64,000 nucleotides of DNA from Trypanosoma brucei (Eukaryota): positions 992,001-1,056,000 of the forward strand of contig CP000071.1 of the NCBI GenBank assembly GCA_000002445.1, written 5' to 3'. Below, piece by piece: positions 32,803 through 44,868 of the stretch. Below the pieces are notes generated by a model that worked only from the letters and a program-made list of their open reading frames with translations, did not search any database and had not been told where the DNA came from. How positions within the stretch are numbered: position 1 is the stretch's first letter; each line of letters begins with the position of its first letter. A program made the translations under genes and the position numbers.

Positions 32803-34308
32803 ATGGATTTCCTTCAGTTTTGCTCATCGGAGCGGTACGTTAGCCGTGTGCCCGTTCACAATCTTTCCTTCCGCATCACACTGTGGCGCGCTCCTCTTGT
32901 GGGAGAGCGACAACTGGAGCAATTGTGTACTTTAACAGTGCCATGGGGTGGGAAAGTATTTTCCCCTGCGGAGAGGTTGCAAAAGATACGCACCGGCGTC
33001 GCCATGACCACTCCAGACAGTAACGCAAGTACACGTGAGATACACACCGTTGTGCCGGGTCGGAGAGAAACCGATGGGGATGCAGCAGCTGCTGCCGATG
33101 ACGTTGAGAAACTGCGGGAGGATATCGCTAAGTTCTCATGTACTTTCTTTACTCGGCCGCCTAGTGAGGATTACGTCAGTGAGGCGAAGGAGAACTTACT
33201 TGTGGACCCACCGCAAGCAGCAAGTCCACATGTCCAAATAATCTTACGTGAGCATCAAAACCAGCACCAGGAAGGCAACAGAATGTACTTCATGTGGGCT
33301 TCTGGGGAAATTTTGGGGCCAAGTGAGGGGAAGTTTGATGATGCACAGTGGAAGGGACAAGAACGTGTCATATGTACAATAACGGCGGAGCGAAATAGCT
33401 TGTGTTTTACAGCCAAGCCTTCTCTCAACAAAACTCACACGCTGTTGGTGGACTCTTTGTATGTGTATTCCTTTGTTATTACTCCACTGCAGGCCTGTGA
33501 GCCACGCCCCGACGAGCCAACATCAACCGATTTCGTAGAGCAAATACACGAAATGGTCGCACGTATAAAGGACGACTTGAAATCGCCACACTTCGACAGG
33601 CGAGGTATTCTTCACCAGATACTTTTGCAACAGCTGCACACAGCTCCTTCGGATGAGCTGCCGCCGCGCCTGGACAGTCCATCGTCCCCCTGCTTTCCCC
33701 AGTCTGCGATACGTGACAGTCGTGTGCGATATTACTTGTTTGGAGTTGTTGAGCGCTGCACTTGTGTTGCCGCAGACACACTCTACCTTCATTGTCAATG
33801 GCAGCGTGGGGGCGATAACGAAGATGAGGACGACAAAAGAAACTTATGGAATGAGGGAACACTGGATGGTTTCACGACTCAGCTCTCCTTTGCTAGCAGC
33901 ATGATTATGGATCAGTTTATCCCCGTGTCCATGCATACCTTCAACACCCCATTTGATTACCATTTCGATGGATGGGGCCCTTCACCACTGCGCCTCCTCA
34001 TCACGGCTTATGATGATGAGGGATTGTCAGTTGGCGGACCACAGTCACCAATCGGTTACGCTGCGGTAACGGTACCACATTTCTTGCCAGGTTGCCATCC
34101 GCTTCGAGCCCCGCTGTGGCGCCCGCGGCCAACAGGCCGTGAGTTTGTGCGCTCAGCACTGATGGGTGGCGGGCCGGCACTTGTTGATGTGCGTGACACC
34201 GCGCCCCGTGGTGGAGGCGGAATTTCGGTAAAATGTGGCCTCGTTTCGGAGCCGACCGGGACGGTGGAGCTGCGTGTGACGGTGTTTCATCAAGTGGGAC
34301 CACTCTAG
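32803..34308 (+). CDS. B9-domain protein (MKS1-like), a ciliary/flagellar transition-zone component
   Basis: The C-terminal region 'TAYDDEGLSVGGPQSPIGYAAVTVPHFLPGCHPLRAPLWRPRPTGREF...GGISVKCGLVSEPTGTVELRVTVF' parallels the B9 domain as I recall it from B9D1 ('[28 protein letters not shown]...P.F.P...'). At ~500 aa it fits MKS1 rather than B9D1/B9D2. An alternative ATG is at 33004. Confidence 0.65.
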   Translation: MDFLQFCSSERYVSRVPVHNLSFRITLWRAPLVGERQLEQLCTLTVPWGGKVFSPAERLQKIRTGVAMTTPDSNASTREIHTVVPGRRETDGDAAAAADDVEKLREDIAKFSCTFFTRPPSEDYVSEAKENLLVDPPQAASPHVQIILREHQNQHQEGNRMYFMWASGEILGPSEGKFDDAQWKGQERVICTITAERNSLCFTAKPSLNKTHTLLVDSLYVYSFVITPLQACEPRPDEPTSTDFVEQIHEMVARIKDDLKSPHFDRRGILHQILLQQLHTAPSDELPPRLDSPSSPCFPQSAIRDSRVRYYLFGVVERCTCVAADTLYLHCQWQRGGDNEDEDDKRNLWNEGTLDGFTTQLSFASSMIMDQFIPVSMHTFNTPFDYHFDGWGPSPLRLLITAYDDEGLSVGGPQSPIGYAAVTVPHFLPGCHPLRAPLWRPRPTGREFVRSALMGGGPALVDVRDTAPRGGGGISVKCGLVSEPTGTVELRVTVFHQVGPL

Positions 34309-34824
34309 TAGTGAATGATCTTGGAGTGCTTTCATTCTTCTTAAATGTTTTCCCTTACTGTCTTACTGGATGAACTGAAGGGTCTTAATGCAAGCTGTGC
34401 CACGATGCACATTTATTATTTCTTGCTTGGCGGAAAGACAGTTGTTAACTGGGTTTTTGTTTCAATTGCTATTTTTTTTGTTACTATGCATGTGTCCACG
34501 CTGAATCAGACATTAGCATCTGTCACAAACGATCGATTGTGCCGTTGGCCTCGTTATTACCGTTGACTAGTTGCGATGTTGCTTCTCTCTGGTCATCCAC
34601 ATTATTGTTTTCATTGTTACTACCGTTTGTAGATGTGTTGCTTAGCTTGATGATCTATATTATCGGTTCCTCCCTTTTACTTCCTTACCAAATGAAAGCG
34701 AAGAACACACTGTGACGATAATTAACGTGAGAGTCTACCAAATTGTTTCAGACTGTGGCATATCAAAACTTGGGGGAACGTTTCATTGAAACTGCAGGAT
34801 AGCCGACCGACGAGGAACTCGTGA

Positions 34825-35160
34825 ATGAGTGTTGGGAAATTTAAACGGTCAAATGGAGAACCCGCTTTCGCACAAGTGTGCGCGGTGCCAAGCATACCGG
34901 CACTGCTGCGGCCGCAGTTTGAAGTCATTCGTGAGGAGAATATCGAGGCTCTGAATCGTCGCATGGGACGTACCGAAGCCTCTCGGATGGAAGCGGAAAA
35001 GATCAAGGAAAGGTGCGCACAGGCGCGGGAGCAACGCAGCAGGAGGCTGCAAGAAAGAATCGAAACAATACAGAAAAGATCGGTGCGATTAGCAAGTGCT
35101 GCAGCACTACGTGAGGAAAGACGGCTGAAGGCAGAATGGCGTCAAATGTGCCGCTGGTAA
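34825..35160 (+). CDS. Small charged coiled-coil protein (111 aa), hypothetical
   Basis: ATG ORF on the PTU strand. Heptad-like charged sequence 'EASRMEAEKIKERCAQAREQRSRRLQERIETIQKRS'. No motif recognised. Confidence 0.35.
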   Translation: MSVGKFKRSNGEPAFAQVCAVPSIPALLRPQFEVIREENIEALNRRMGRTEASRMEAEKIKERCAQAREQRSRRLQERIETIQKRSVRLASAAALREERRLKAEWRQMCRW

Positions 35161-35790
35161 TACTCATAGACAAGAGATACAAAAAACGTTTAGAATAGCT
35201 TGGTAGCAGTCCAGCTCCAACTGCACATCATAGATCCACCTTTTAATCTTCCTTTGTTGCTGTTGCGTTGGTAATGTTATCAGTTCTTTACCGTAGCAAA
35301 AGTTATACCGGGCGGTGCGGTGTTGTTGTTTTTTCTCTCCTGGTCAACGCTTTCAGAATAGCGGGCCCTACGACAGTACTGCATTCGGTTCGGAAACATG
35401 GGAATTCCCCTTTTATTTCCCTCCTTCGTCATGGCTAACAGCTACGGACGCACACCGTATGCTTGCTTCTGGTCCATGATGCGATTAGCGCGTTGTTTGG
35501 CGTGTGCGTGGGGTGGTTTGCAAACCTATTTCGTACCCACCTATTATTTCCATCCCTTCTTCCGGACCTCAATCGTGTATCTCTTCTCTTCTTTCTTTTT
35601 TTTTTAATGCTTTTTTTTTTTCTAAATACTGTAACCACTGTTAGCCTCCTCTCGTTCGAAGGACTGACAGCATCTGCGATTGACATCAAAGGAAACCCCT
35701 ACGTGTGTGTGTGTGTGTGTCTGTGCACATTGTGGTGACCACAATAACAGTGGCATAAGCCAAATAGCACATCTGGAATTAAGTAGCGTA

Positions 35791-36213
35791 ATGCGGGGCT
35801 CTACGGATCCTGCTAACGTTGATCAGTACGACTCCCGTACCTACACGCGGAAGGGACTTGCGACGCGTGTCGTAGTCCGTGAAAAGCCATATGTTAAATC
35901 GCGCTCGCAGCGGCTAGTCGACTTCCTTCGACCTTCGATGCGCACTGGTTATAACGTTGTGCAGGGGTTTGAGCTGGCTAAGGTGATGTTCTGCGTCATA
36001 TTCCCTGTTTTCATGCTCATATATTGGAAAAGCGTCCAGCGGAAACTTCCAGACCAATGGGAAAGCCAACTTTCTGGGCTGCAGCATCGTCAACTGAAGG
36101 AGGAGGCGGTTCCTGAGCACGACACGGATTATTTTTCGATTATTGAGACCTTTCAAGAGCGGCGAGAGAAAGCGCTGCAAAAGAAACAAAGGGAGGTGGT
36201 AGGGACCTCTTAG
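35791..36213 (+). CDS. Hypothetical small protein (~140 aa) with one transmembrane helix
   Basis: The track ORF starts at TTG 35680; first ATG at 35791 (MRGSTDPANVDQ...). Hydrophobic helix 'VMFCVIFPVFMLIYW'; basic flanks. Confidence 0.45.
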   Translation: MRGSTDPANVDQYDSRTYTRKGLATRVVVREKPYVKSRSQRLVDFLRPSMRTGYNVVQGFELAKVMFCVIFPVFMLIYWKSVQRKLPDQWESQLSGLQHRQLKEEAVPEHDTDYFSIIETFQERREKALQKKQREVVGTS

Positions 36214-36722
36214 CCAGCTATCAATATGTCAAACCACTTGAAGGAAGGAAAGGTCGAATGCAAACATGTTGACGCGTGCACATGTAGCTTGTAACTGAGT
36301 GACGGCACATGTAGTACCTCCACCCTCCGTACTGGACACACATGTAAATACGGCTCCGTGCAATTGGATACTTCAAATGAACTTTGACGTGTCTGCAGTA
36401 GATTTTAGCTGTTGCCTCTGTTATTTTCTTTTGGGTTTCATGATGGTTGTGGGAGTGTGTTGATGCCCTTCATCCTTCATTTCGAATTTCACCAATGATC
36501 GCTAGCACAACCGTGTGTGCTATAATTGAACCTAAGGTTTGAACGTTGCGTGCACGACAAATACATAAAATATCATTTCGCTGGATATTCCTTCCTTCCT
36601 TCTAAATATAACACTGATATCACGTACTCGCTGTGTTTGGGTGTGGGTCATTTGTTCACTCTTTTTTTTTCATTTTCAGTGCACAACTCAAAAGGATATT
36701 TTCACTCGTTGGCAATTTGACC

Positions 36723-37610
36723 ATGGACGGACGGAACGGCTCAAAGAGGGCCCGAAGTGAGCCCGCTAATGGTCCCAACCAAAGCAACGTGGGAACTTCA
36801 GGTGTTGAGGAGCCGCACGTTGAGGAGGTGCCGGCTCGTGATCCGGAACTGGAACGGCAACTGGACCGCTTGAACATTGACGACAATCTAAAGGAATCCC
36901 TGCGCGGCTTGTCGCCTTCCACTCGGGGAGAAGTAATGAATGATATCATCCGAAGTGAAACTATCGAGAGGGCCAGCAGTTTGATGGAGCAAGCCAACTT
37001 ATTGTCTTTAATTGAACTTAGGCGGTTACCGGAGTTAATGGAGGAGGGAATGTCTTCCCAACATTACAGGGCAGACGTTGATGACGATAGTGAGCTACAT
37101 GAGTTTGGTCAAGCTCTGGAAGACATGCAGGCCGATGGTCAGTCGCCGTCTCCGCAGCGTGGGCGCCCTCATGGGATGCTCCACACGCCCGGCCCACTTA
37201 TTCTGGAGTTCCTAAGGGCGTTCGCTGCTGGAACCCATGCTGCTTTTGCCGATGCGGCGGGTGTATCGGAGCACCTCAACATACTTTCCGAGCTGGCAGC
37301 ACAGCGCGCCATGGGGGTGACGGAAGACGTTGATAACATGTCATATGAGGAGTTGCTGGAGTTAGAAGATAAAATCGGGTATGTCAGTAGAGGTGTAAAG
37401 CCAGAAGATGTGCAGAAATGTGTGAAGGATGTTCCTACGCCTCATGAAGGTAACTGTGTCGTGTGTCAGTGTGAATGGTCGGATAACGCAGAAACGGCGC
37501 CCGCTGTGGTTGAGTTAAACCGGTGCAAACATGTGTTCCATCGCACCTGCATCAGGGAATGGCTCCTCAAAAACAAGAAGTGCCCCGTATGCACGCAAGA
37601 GGTTGTTTGA
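36723..37610 (+). CDS. RING-H2 zinc-finger protein (putative E3 ubiquitin ligase)
   Basis: C-terminal RING-H2 'CVVCQCEWSDNAE...LNRCKHVFHRTCIREWLLKNKKCPVC' (C3H2C3 spacing). Start set at ATG 36723 (MDGRNGSKRARSE). Confidence 0.8.
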   Translation: MDGRNGSKRARSEPANGPNQSNVGTSGVEEPHVEEVPARDPELERQLDRLNIDDNLKESLRGLSPSTRGEVMNDIIRSETIERASSLMEQANLLSLIELRRLPELMEEGMSSQHYRADVDDDSELHEFGQALEDMQADGQSPSPQRGRPHGMLHTPGPLILEFLRAFAAGTHAAFADAAGVSEHLNILSELAAQRAMGVTEDVDNMSYEELLELEDKIGYVSRGVKPEDVQKCVKDVPTPHEGNCVVCQCEWSDNAETAPAVVELNRCKHVFHRTCIREWLLKNKKCPVCTQEVV

Positions 37611-39660
37611 AGAGGAAATCACAGCGAAACAGATGGGTAGACGAAAAGTGAAAAAGGGGGAGAGCGCACTGCGTTTTGAAAGTGGATGGTAGGGCAGCCA
37701 AATGGGTCCGTTCGTCAATGATAGTGCAAATGGAAGGAACCGAAGCGGAGATATTTATTTCCCTCCCTCTTCACTACAATAAGAGGAAGAAGGAGGAGGA
37801 AGAAGGTCAAAATAAGGGAAGCAAAGGAGTGAAGCACACGTATATATACATATACATAAACATATATGTATATATAGACGAACGGGAGGGAAATCGCATA
37901 TATACGTACGACAGTGGGGAAAGTAACAGTTTAGCGGGAAGGGCAATTAAATTTCGAGGGCATGAATTTTTTTTGTTTGTTGAACAAGAAGGAGGAGACA
38001 CGTAGATGCCCTATACAAGAAGCAACAAAGAGACCTACAAGGTGGCGAAGTCTCTGTTTCTTTTTTTGTTTCACTCCTTTGTATAAGGAGGTAAAAACAG
38101 AAAGGAAGCATCAGGGGGAAATATGAAAAGGATATTAGACTAATGTGAATATGTCTACTTGATTTACGTTTTTTTCCTATTTTTTTCACCATTTTCCTCA
38201 GGTCGTGGGATCTGCATATGTACCGGCACCGCGGCTGCAGTGAACTTAAAAACTGAGGCACACTAAAGTAATTATTTATGCTTCTACGGATGCGGTGGTG
38301 GCGTTTTCAGCGGCGGGGTTGAGGAAAAATGTTGATTTTCCTTTTTTTGATGTTTTTTTTAAAAAGTTTTCTTGGTACGACGTGATTGATCGCGAGTAAT
38401 TTCCAAGGAGGTGAAGCAAAAGAAAAAAACAGGGGGCATATGGTCGTAAAATATATGCGGGACTTGGTGGCTTAAGTAAAAGGCACAAATTTTTTTTTTC
38501 ATTTTTCTTTTCTTCTGCTTATCTCGGTATCGCTGCTTGTTGCTTGTCTTGTTCTTCATAGTGGATTTGTGGGCAGCTTCACCGTTTTAAACATTCAGAG
38601 AAAGTAAGAAATGAAATGAAAATGGCGACTTGATATTGATATCTTTTGAAGTAGTTACATGGTTGATGAAGAAAGTGAAGAAGGAGAAACAAGAAGAAAA
38701 TTGATGCGCGTAGCACCATCACATTCGTGGGTTCGTATCTTTTCTGTTTTGTTTCGTTCTTGTTTAGGCATTATATTTGTACAGCTCTCTTCTCTCCCAA
38801 TGCTTCATATTCCATCCCTTATGTTTATCTTCCCTTATCTTCGTTTTCCTTTTTCTCCACAACCGATGTTGTTGCTGCCGCCATATGGTATTGTGGAGCG
38901 TGCGATTTACAAGCAGTTCCATTGCTAAAACACTTATTATCATTATTTATTATTATTACTCAGCGCTTCAAATTTCCCGCACAATCATCTTTTTTGTTTT
39001 GTTTGTTTGTACACACTCAAATATATATATATATATATATATATATACGGTTGCTACCATGCCGTGCTGATGTTGTTGTTGAAGTGCTTTGCTTTTCAAT
39101 TTTGTTTTAAATTGTTTTTCCTTGTGTAATTAAAAAAAAATGTTTACCCATGCTTATTGTTGATATAAATATTTGAGGTGTTACTACACACACTCCATTT
39201 TGCCTTTTCTTTCTTTCCCCCCTCTCATTTACTCTCGAGAGGGAAAATGAATAAATGAATGAGTTGAAGATGAATAAAATAATGAGTATTTGTCACGTTC
39301 TTATGAGTGCATGAGAGTAGGGAGAGAGGGAAAAAGGGAAAGGGCAAAAAAAAAAAAGTGTGAAATGAAATATGCTATGAAGAAAAAAAATAAGAAAAGT
39401 GAACCAAACATTTTTGAAAGGAAAAAAAAGCAATGAAAATGAAATCCAGCAACGGCACCGACCGTAAACACAACACTAACGCCACCAAACTAATCTATTG
39501 CAGAATGACAAGTGGTGGGAAAGGATGGAGATATTTCGTGTTTATTTGTTTGAAAAAATTAAAAGTTGTTTCAAGTGTAGGTTAGGTGAATACAAACGAA
39601 AAGTGAAAAGATGAGGAAACATCTCTTTGTTTTCTTTTCTTTCTTTTTTTTTCCTGTTTC

Positions 39661-39683
39661 TGTGTGTGTGTGTGTGTGTGTGT
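39661..39683. repeat. (TG)11 microsatellite preceded by a long pyrimidine tract
   Basis: Read directly. Confidence 0.9.
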
Positions 39684-40468
39684 CTCTACGGTGTTTTTGT
39701 CGTCGTCGTCGGTATCATTTCACTTCCATTTTTCCTTTTGTTTTGTTGCTGATTCTCTGTGCAGGAACTTTCTGCGTGTGTTCTTTGGATGATATTGGAA
39801 GGGGTAAGAGTAGTAAGAGGAGATGGTGGGAAAGCGAAAGGATATATAAGGAAACGAAAATTTGTACTGAACATATGGTTATCACTGTTGGGCGTGTTAT
39901 GTTCATGTGAAGAATGTAAAAAGTTTCTCATCGGGTGGTTGTTGTTGTGATGCGGAAGGAAGTGAAGCGAGCGGAGAGACATGAAAGAAAAAAGAGCGGT
40001 ATCTAAAGAAAAAAAGAAAGTGGGCCATTTAACGCATACTTGTGCACGCGTTTCTGCGGTGGTATTTGTGGGTGTGTTTTATGGAATGTTGATTCTGCTC
40101 TCGTATTTGCTCACCCATCCACGAAAACTTACACAAACCTCAAACCCGCATTTTCTTTTCCATGCAAGAGTGTGGAAATGAATGAAGAAGGTAGAAAACC
40201 AAGGGAGAGGAAAACAACCCAAAAAGTTTCTTGTCGTTCTCACTTTAAACGTGTACGTACTCGAAAATTTCCCCAAATTTTGATAACAAACAAGGTTGGT
40301 TATGTTAGCTTTCTCAGTTGTTTTTACTACTTTACATTATTATCACCTCCTACCCACATCTTTTCTCCTTTCAACTCCTCATATTTCCACACGCCAAGCT
40401 CCTTTCTTGCTTGTTTGCCTTGAGGCATCGCAATCAGCTCTTTTTTGCTTTGTTTCTCGCCAGAAGCG

Positions 40469-41173
40469 ATGTCATCTGATCTTTTGCGAGAGTACGAAAA
40501 CGACTTCAACGAAACTCTAAAGGAGGCAAACGATGTTGCGTCCCGCCTGCAGGAGTCCCTACAACGAAGCGGTGTTTCGTATCAGGCGCCGCCAGCCGCG
40601 GGGCCACAGAGCCGCAGCCAACAGTGCCATTCGCTCCAACAAAGTCTCACACGACTCCGTGAACTTATTACGAACATGTCGTACGAAAGCAATGAAGTTG
40701 AGCCCGCTTCGGCAAAGGAGGAAGTGAAGCGCCGTCTGGAGGACTACCGCGGAAAGCTGGTGGCGCTTGAAAAACAGTTGTCTCGCCTTCGGCAGGAATC
40801 GAGGGAGGCGGACCGAACAGATCTTTTGGGCAACGGAAGAGAAATGGGAGATGATGGCGGATCCATGGAGGAGCACGCGCGGATGCTTGGAACTACGACG
40901 AAGTTGAAGGAAGGCACTGGCGCCCTGCAGAAGGCAGAGGCGCTGCTTCACGGCACAAACGAATTGGGATTAGAAACCCTTTCAGTCGTGAGGGGACAAA
41001 CAGAAACTATGAAGCATATCCACGGTGTAGTGATTGACGTCGACGATGACGTTACGGAATCACGGCGTATCGTCCACCGCATGCAGCAGGTTGCAAGAAA
41101 ACAGAAGTTGATCATGGCTGGTGTGATAGGTATGTTGGTGTTTACCTTTCTAATCATTGTATTTTGGAAGTGA
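40469..41173 (+). CDS. Qb-SNARE, Vti1-like (tail-anchored)
   Basis: N-terminal Vti1-type helical region. SNARE motif with central Gln ('VRGQTETMKHIHGVVIDVDDDVTESRRIVHRM'). C-terminal TM anchor 'MAGVIGMLVFTFLIIVFWK'. Start at ATG 40469 (MSSDLLREY). Confidence 0.75.
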   Translation: MSSDLLREYENDFNETLKEANDVASRLQESLQRSGVSYQAPPAAGPQSRSQQCHSLQQSLTRLRELITNMSYESNEVEPASAKEEVKRRLEDYRGKLVALEKQLSRLRQESREADRTDLLGNGREMGDDGGSMEEHARMLGTTTKLKEGTGALQKAEALLHGTNELGLETLSVVRGQTETMKHIHGVVIDVDDDVTESRRIVHRMQQVARKQKLIMAGVIGMLVFTFLIIVFWK

Positions 41174-41755
41174 CATTGGTCGGCCTTGCTCTGCGTGGCG
41201 ACAAATCTTTCTTATCAGTGGCCATATAGCCCCGCACTATTAACCGACCCAGATGCTATGAGAACGAACCAAGCAACAAATGGGCTGCGGTGCGTGCATT
41301 TGATGTGCCGTATTCGAGGGGTGGATTGACTGAGGGCACGTCGGAAGATGATAAAATTAGTAGTGTACTTGCTGTCTCCTTCTTGGTATCATTTGCGCGT
41401 GCTTTCTCTGTCGCTTTCTTTCCCTCTCATATTTTATTCGTCGTGCTGGACATAAACTTCTCTCTCGTTGTAATGGAGTGGGAGGTGCCAGCAACTTTTA
41501 AACGCACGCGTCTAGCACACACAGCCACACCTACACACAGGGTTATGTTTATATCCGCAGTGCATAAATGTTTGCGTATCTCCTCCATCACGTCCTTTTT
41601 GTATTTTCTTACATCCTTTACTTCAAGTATAATTGACAAATAATCGTCACAAATTCATTTTCTTGGGGCCACCGGCAGGCAAAGCAGGTAAGGGCTGTGG
41701 TTACGTTTCGGCAGTGGCTCGTGCGTCTATAGGTCGAAACACATATACCATAAAT

Positions 41756-43582
41756 ATGACAGAAGGGATGGACCGCAGGAATGACAAACTCGTGGGGAGG
41801 TCTGCGGAGTTAACTGCGCCACCAGCTATTTCTCAGCTCTACGAGGAGTTGTCTTCTGAACTCGAGGGAGTTACTGCAGCGTACAATCTTCTTATGGATT
41901 TCTTGAGGGAGCCTGTGCAGGATGATGATCCCTCAGGCCGCACCGGTGACGTTCTGAAGCGGCTGGCGGCTCTACTGAAATTCATATCGCAGCGGTTGTA
42001 TTGCAGGTTGCGTGATGCCTCCATAGGATTCGTGCGGGAGAGTGGTGCGGGTGAAGTCAAGCGGTACTCGAAGGAATTGAGTAATTTACGGGGTGTAATT
42101 CGGTCGGGAGCGGAGCAACGACGAGTCTCTGACGAACACGGCACACCACAAGTGGGGAAAAACAGCCGATTCTTTTTCGCCATTTCCTCCCTTTACAACA
42201 GGGAAGAGCGGGACCGCACAAGCAAGCTCGTGTCACGTGGGCTTAAGAAGAAGGTGCTCATGCTTCCTTCGCCTAATGCTGAAGAAGAAGAAAGTGAAGC
42301 AGAAACAGCGCTCAAGATGGGATGCAACGTCCTTGTTTCTCCGCAAATAGAAAAGGCTACATGGGCCGCTCGGATTGTAACGATGGAGTCGCTTTCAGAG
42401 TTTGTGTACAGGAAGTGTGGTGATGAAGGTGAGTGGGATTCCGCGCGACAGTTAGAAGACGGCGAATGTGATATCGACGAAGAGTTGGATGAGTTGCTTA
42501 ATCAGTTGGAGGATACTTCCCGAAATCAAGTTTCCCAGTTTGTTGTCGAGTTTCCCGAGGCTGAGGAAGCGTCTCACTCGGAAGTGGTCCCGCGAGACCT
42601 CCTGCGTGGGTTTAATGGCCTGTCTTCCCAATCAGTATACGCAGATGTCGACTCGCAAATCGCAGTTCCCGCATGTGGGCTGGATAGCGGTAGGCGCCCG
42701 GTTCTCCTCCCTGCGAGAAGGACTTATTCGGATAGTCAGATGGGTTTATTGCTGGGCAATTCTGTTGATTTCGATGGAGACATGCCCTCGCAGGTGATAC
42801 GCTACAAGCGCGAGCCATCGCCGATATCATCTCCGGAGGGTTCCTTTTCTGAGGAGAGCTTAGAGACACTGTCACCATCGAAGTGGTGTTTTCAGGTTAG
42901 TCACCTGGTGGAGGAAAGGGAAGAAGTTATAAGTGCCATAGGGAAACTTGGGGCACGAGTTGTAACAAGAGGGACGTACTGCAAAGAAACAACTCATTTG
43001 GTTATAGCCGGAGGTGCAACAGAGCGCACGGCGGCATTTCTTGGCTGCTGCGCCGCTTTAAAGCATGTCGTCACGCCCCGTTACGTGTTTGAGTCGCGTG
43101 CACGGGGGCGGTGGATTGTTGGCCGTCTACATGAGTACGAGAGAAATCCTCTGCTAAGAGATTGGGTGATTCCAACCCGGGCAGTGTTTGGTGGGTGGCG
43201 TGTAGCCCTTTTTACGACGAGCATAGAAGTGGAACAAGGTATAACAAACGTTCTAGAGGCAGGTGGCTGCAAAAGTATTACACCCTTTAGGATAGGTCAC
43301 GAAAGCACTGCGGCAGTGGATCCCTCAACCATACAAAAGTTCTCCCATATACTCGTGGAATGCTTTCAAAGTGTTAAAGAGTTGTCTTACTTTATTCCTC
43401 CTCCCAAATTTCCTGAGCAACTGATGCACATGAACGTTGAGATATATGCACTGGAATTACTCCATCAGGTGTTATGCCTTGCCACCTCACCTATCTTCGA
43501 CGCAACGGGTCGGCTCATGGATGGTCAAAAGCTTCCCGAATGGTGCTACGTAATGAAAGCTGGGGGCAGTGTACAAAAATAA
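41756..43582 (+). CDS. BRCT-domain-containing protein
   Basis: C-terminal BRCT-like segment 'WCFQVSHLVEEREEVISAIGKLGARVVTRGTYCKETTHLVIAGGATERTAAFLGCCAALKHVVTPRYVFES'. The track ORF begins at TTG 41633; first ATG at 41756. Confidence 0.6.
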   Translation: MTEGMDRRNDKLVGRSAELTAPPAISQLYEELSSELEGVTAAYNLLMDFLREPVQDDDPSGRTGDVLKRLAALLKFISQRLYCRLRDASIGFVRESGAGEVKRYSKELSNLRGVIRSGAEQRRVSDEHGTPQVGKNSRFFFAISSLYNREERDRTSKLVSRGLKKKVLMLPSPNAEEEESEAETALKMGCNVLVSPQIEKATWAARIVTMESLSEFVYRKCGDEGEWDSARQLEDGECDIDEELDELLNQLEDTSRNQVSQFVVEFPEAEEASHSEVVPRDLLRGFNGLSSQSVYADVDSQIAVPACGLDSGRRPVLLPARRTYSDSQMGLLLGNSVDFDGDMPSQVIRYKREPSPISSPEGSFSEESLETLSPSKWCFQVSHLVEEREEVISAIGKLGARVVTRGTYCKETTHLVIAGGATERTAAFLGCCAALKHVVTPRYVFESRARGRWIVGRLHEYERNPLLRDWVIPTRAVFGGWRVALFTTSIEVEQGITNVLEAGGCKSITPFRIGHESTAAVDPSTIQKFSHILVECFQSVKELSYFIPPPKFPEQLMHMNVEIYALELLHQVLCLATSPIFDATGRLMDGQKLPEWCYVMKAGGSVQK

Positions 43583-44192
43583 GAAGAGAAACGAACGAAA
43601 GCGGATCTAAGGAATGAAAAAAAAAACTGAGGGAGTTTGTGGTAGTTTTCACCTTGTTCAGATTTGTGTTACCTTTGTCGTGTATGCTTGACCATTCTTT
43701 GCTATTCCTCTTCATCTTTTACTTTCCCCTGTACTGACCAAAGCGAGGGAGGAAGAAAGACCCATGTTCCTTTGGCTTGCGGTCCTTCGATGAAATCAGG
43801 AAATGATCATATGTGATATCGACAATTTGGACTCTGTTGTTCCCCTACCGAAATGACTCTGGGGGGTATTTTGCTGTCATTGCAATCTATGCCTCGTCCC
43901 TTAGAACCAATGTTGTGACACTATGAGCTTGTGAGGGTTTCTTGTGACGGTTCCACCTGTAGCAAATAGAAAGGTTGCCGTTTTACCCGTGTTGTGCTTG
44001 CACGGCAAAAGTCACTTGGTAATTTCCAGTCCGAGCAATACTTAAGGATGGACCCGCTTCGCAGGGGGGGGGGAAAGAGGATGGAGGAGAATACTAACGT
44101 ATTATAATGGTGTTGTTGAAGGCATATTGAATGATATCTGCGGACTGAAAAGGTTTCATCATGTCCGCATTGTACCTGGACGAGACGTGTCC

Positions 44193-44471
<279 letters not shown>

Positions 44472-44868
44472 CGCGCAATGCATTGCTTCACATCAGGTAG
44501 GTCTGTTTTCCCAAGGAAGCATCTTCTGAAAGTAACGCGCGTGCGGAGTATTGGGAAGTTTCCGTGGAGTAGCAATAGTATGAAATGGTTGACCTACTTG
44601 GGAGCCGAATTCTGCTGCGCTTGTTCTAAAAATGTTATACGACACCCCACCACGTGCTGCACCTTTTTCTTCGTGGCGGTGTTCCCTTCCCTTTTGTTTG
44701 TCAATGTTGGAACTATTATATTTTACTGAGGCGTGGAGCGACATGTTTTGCACTGAAGTCAGCTTTCACTCCGTGCACGCTCGTAAGTTCTGTTACCCTG
44801 TGCGTGCCCATCTACTCCCCCTAAGTTTCCACAGTTTTTTCCCCCTTTAAAGGTGTTGTACTAGCGAA

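Noticed and set aside
41633-41755. 'IFLGPPAGKAGKGCGY' upstream of the BRCT gene, resembling an adenylate-kinase P-loop
   Set aside because: It occurs in a TTG-initiated extension of the track ORF upstream of the first ATG. There is no further kinase similarity. Regarded as coincidence.
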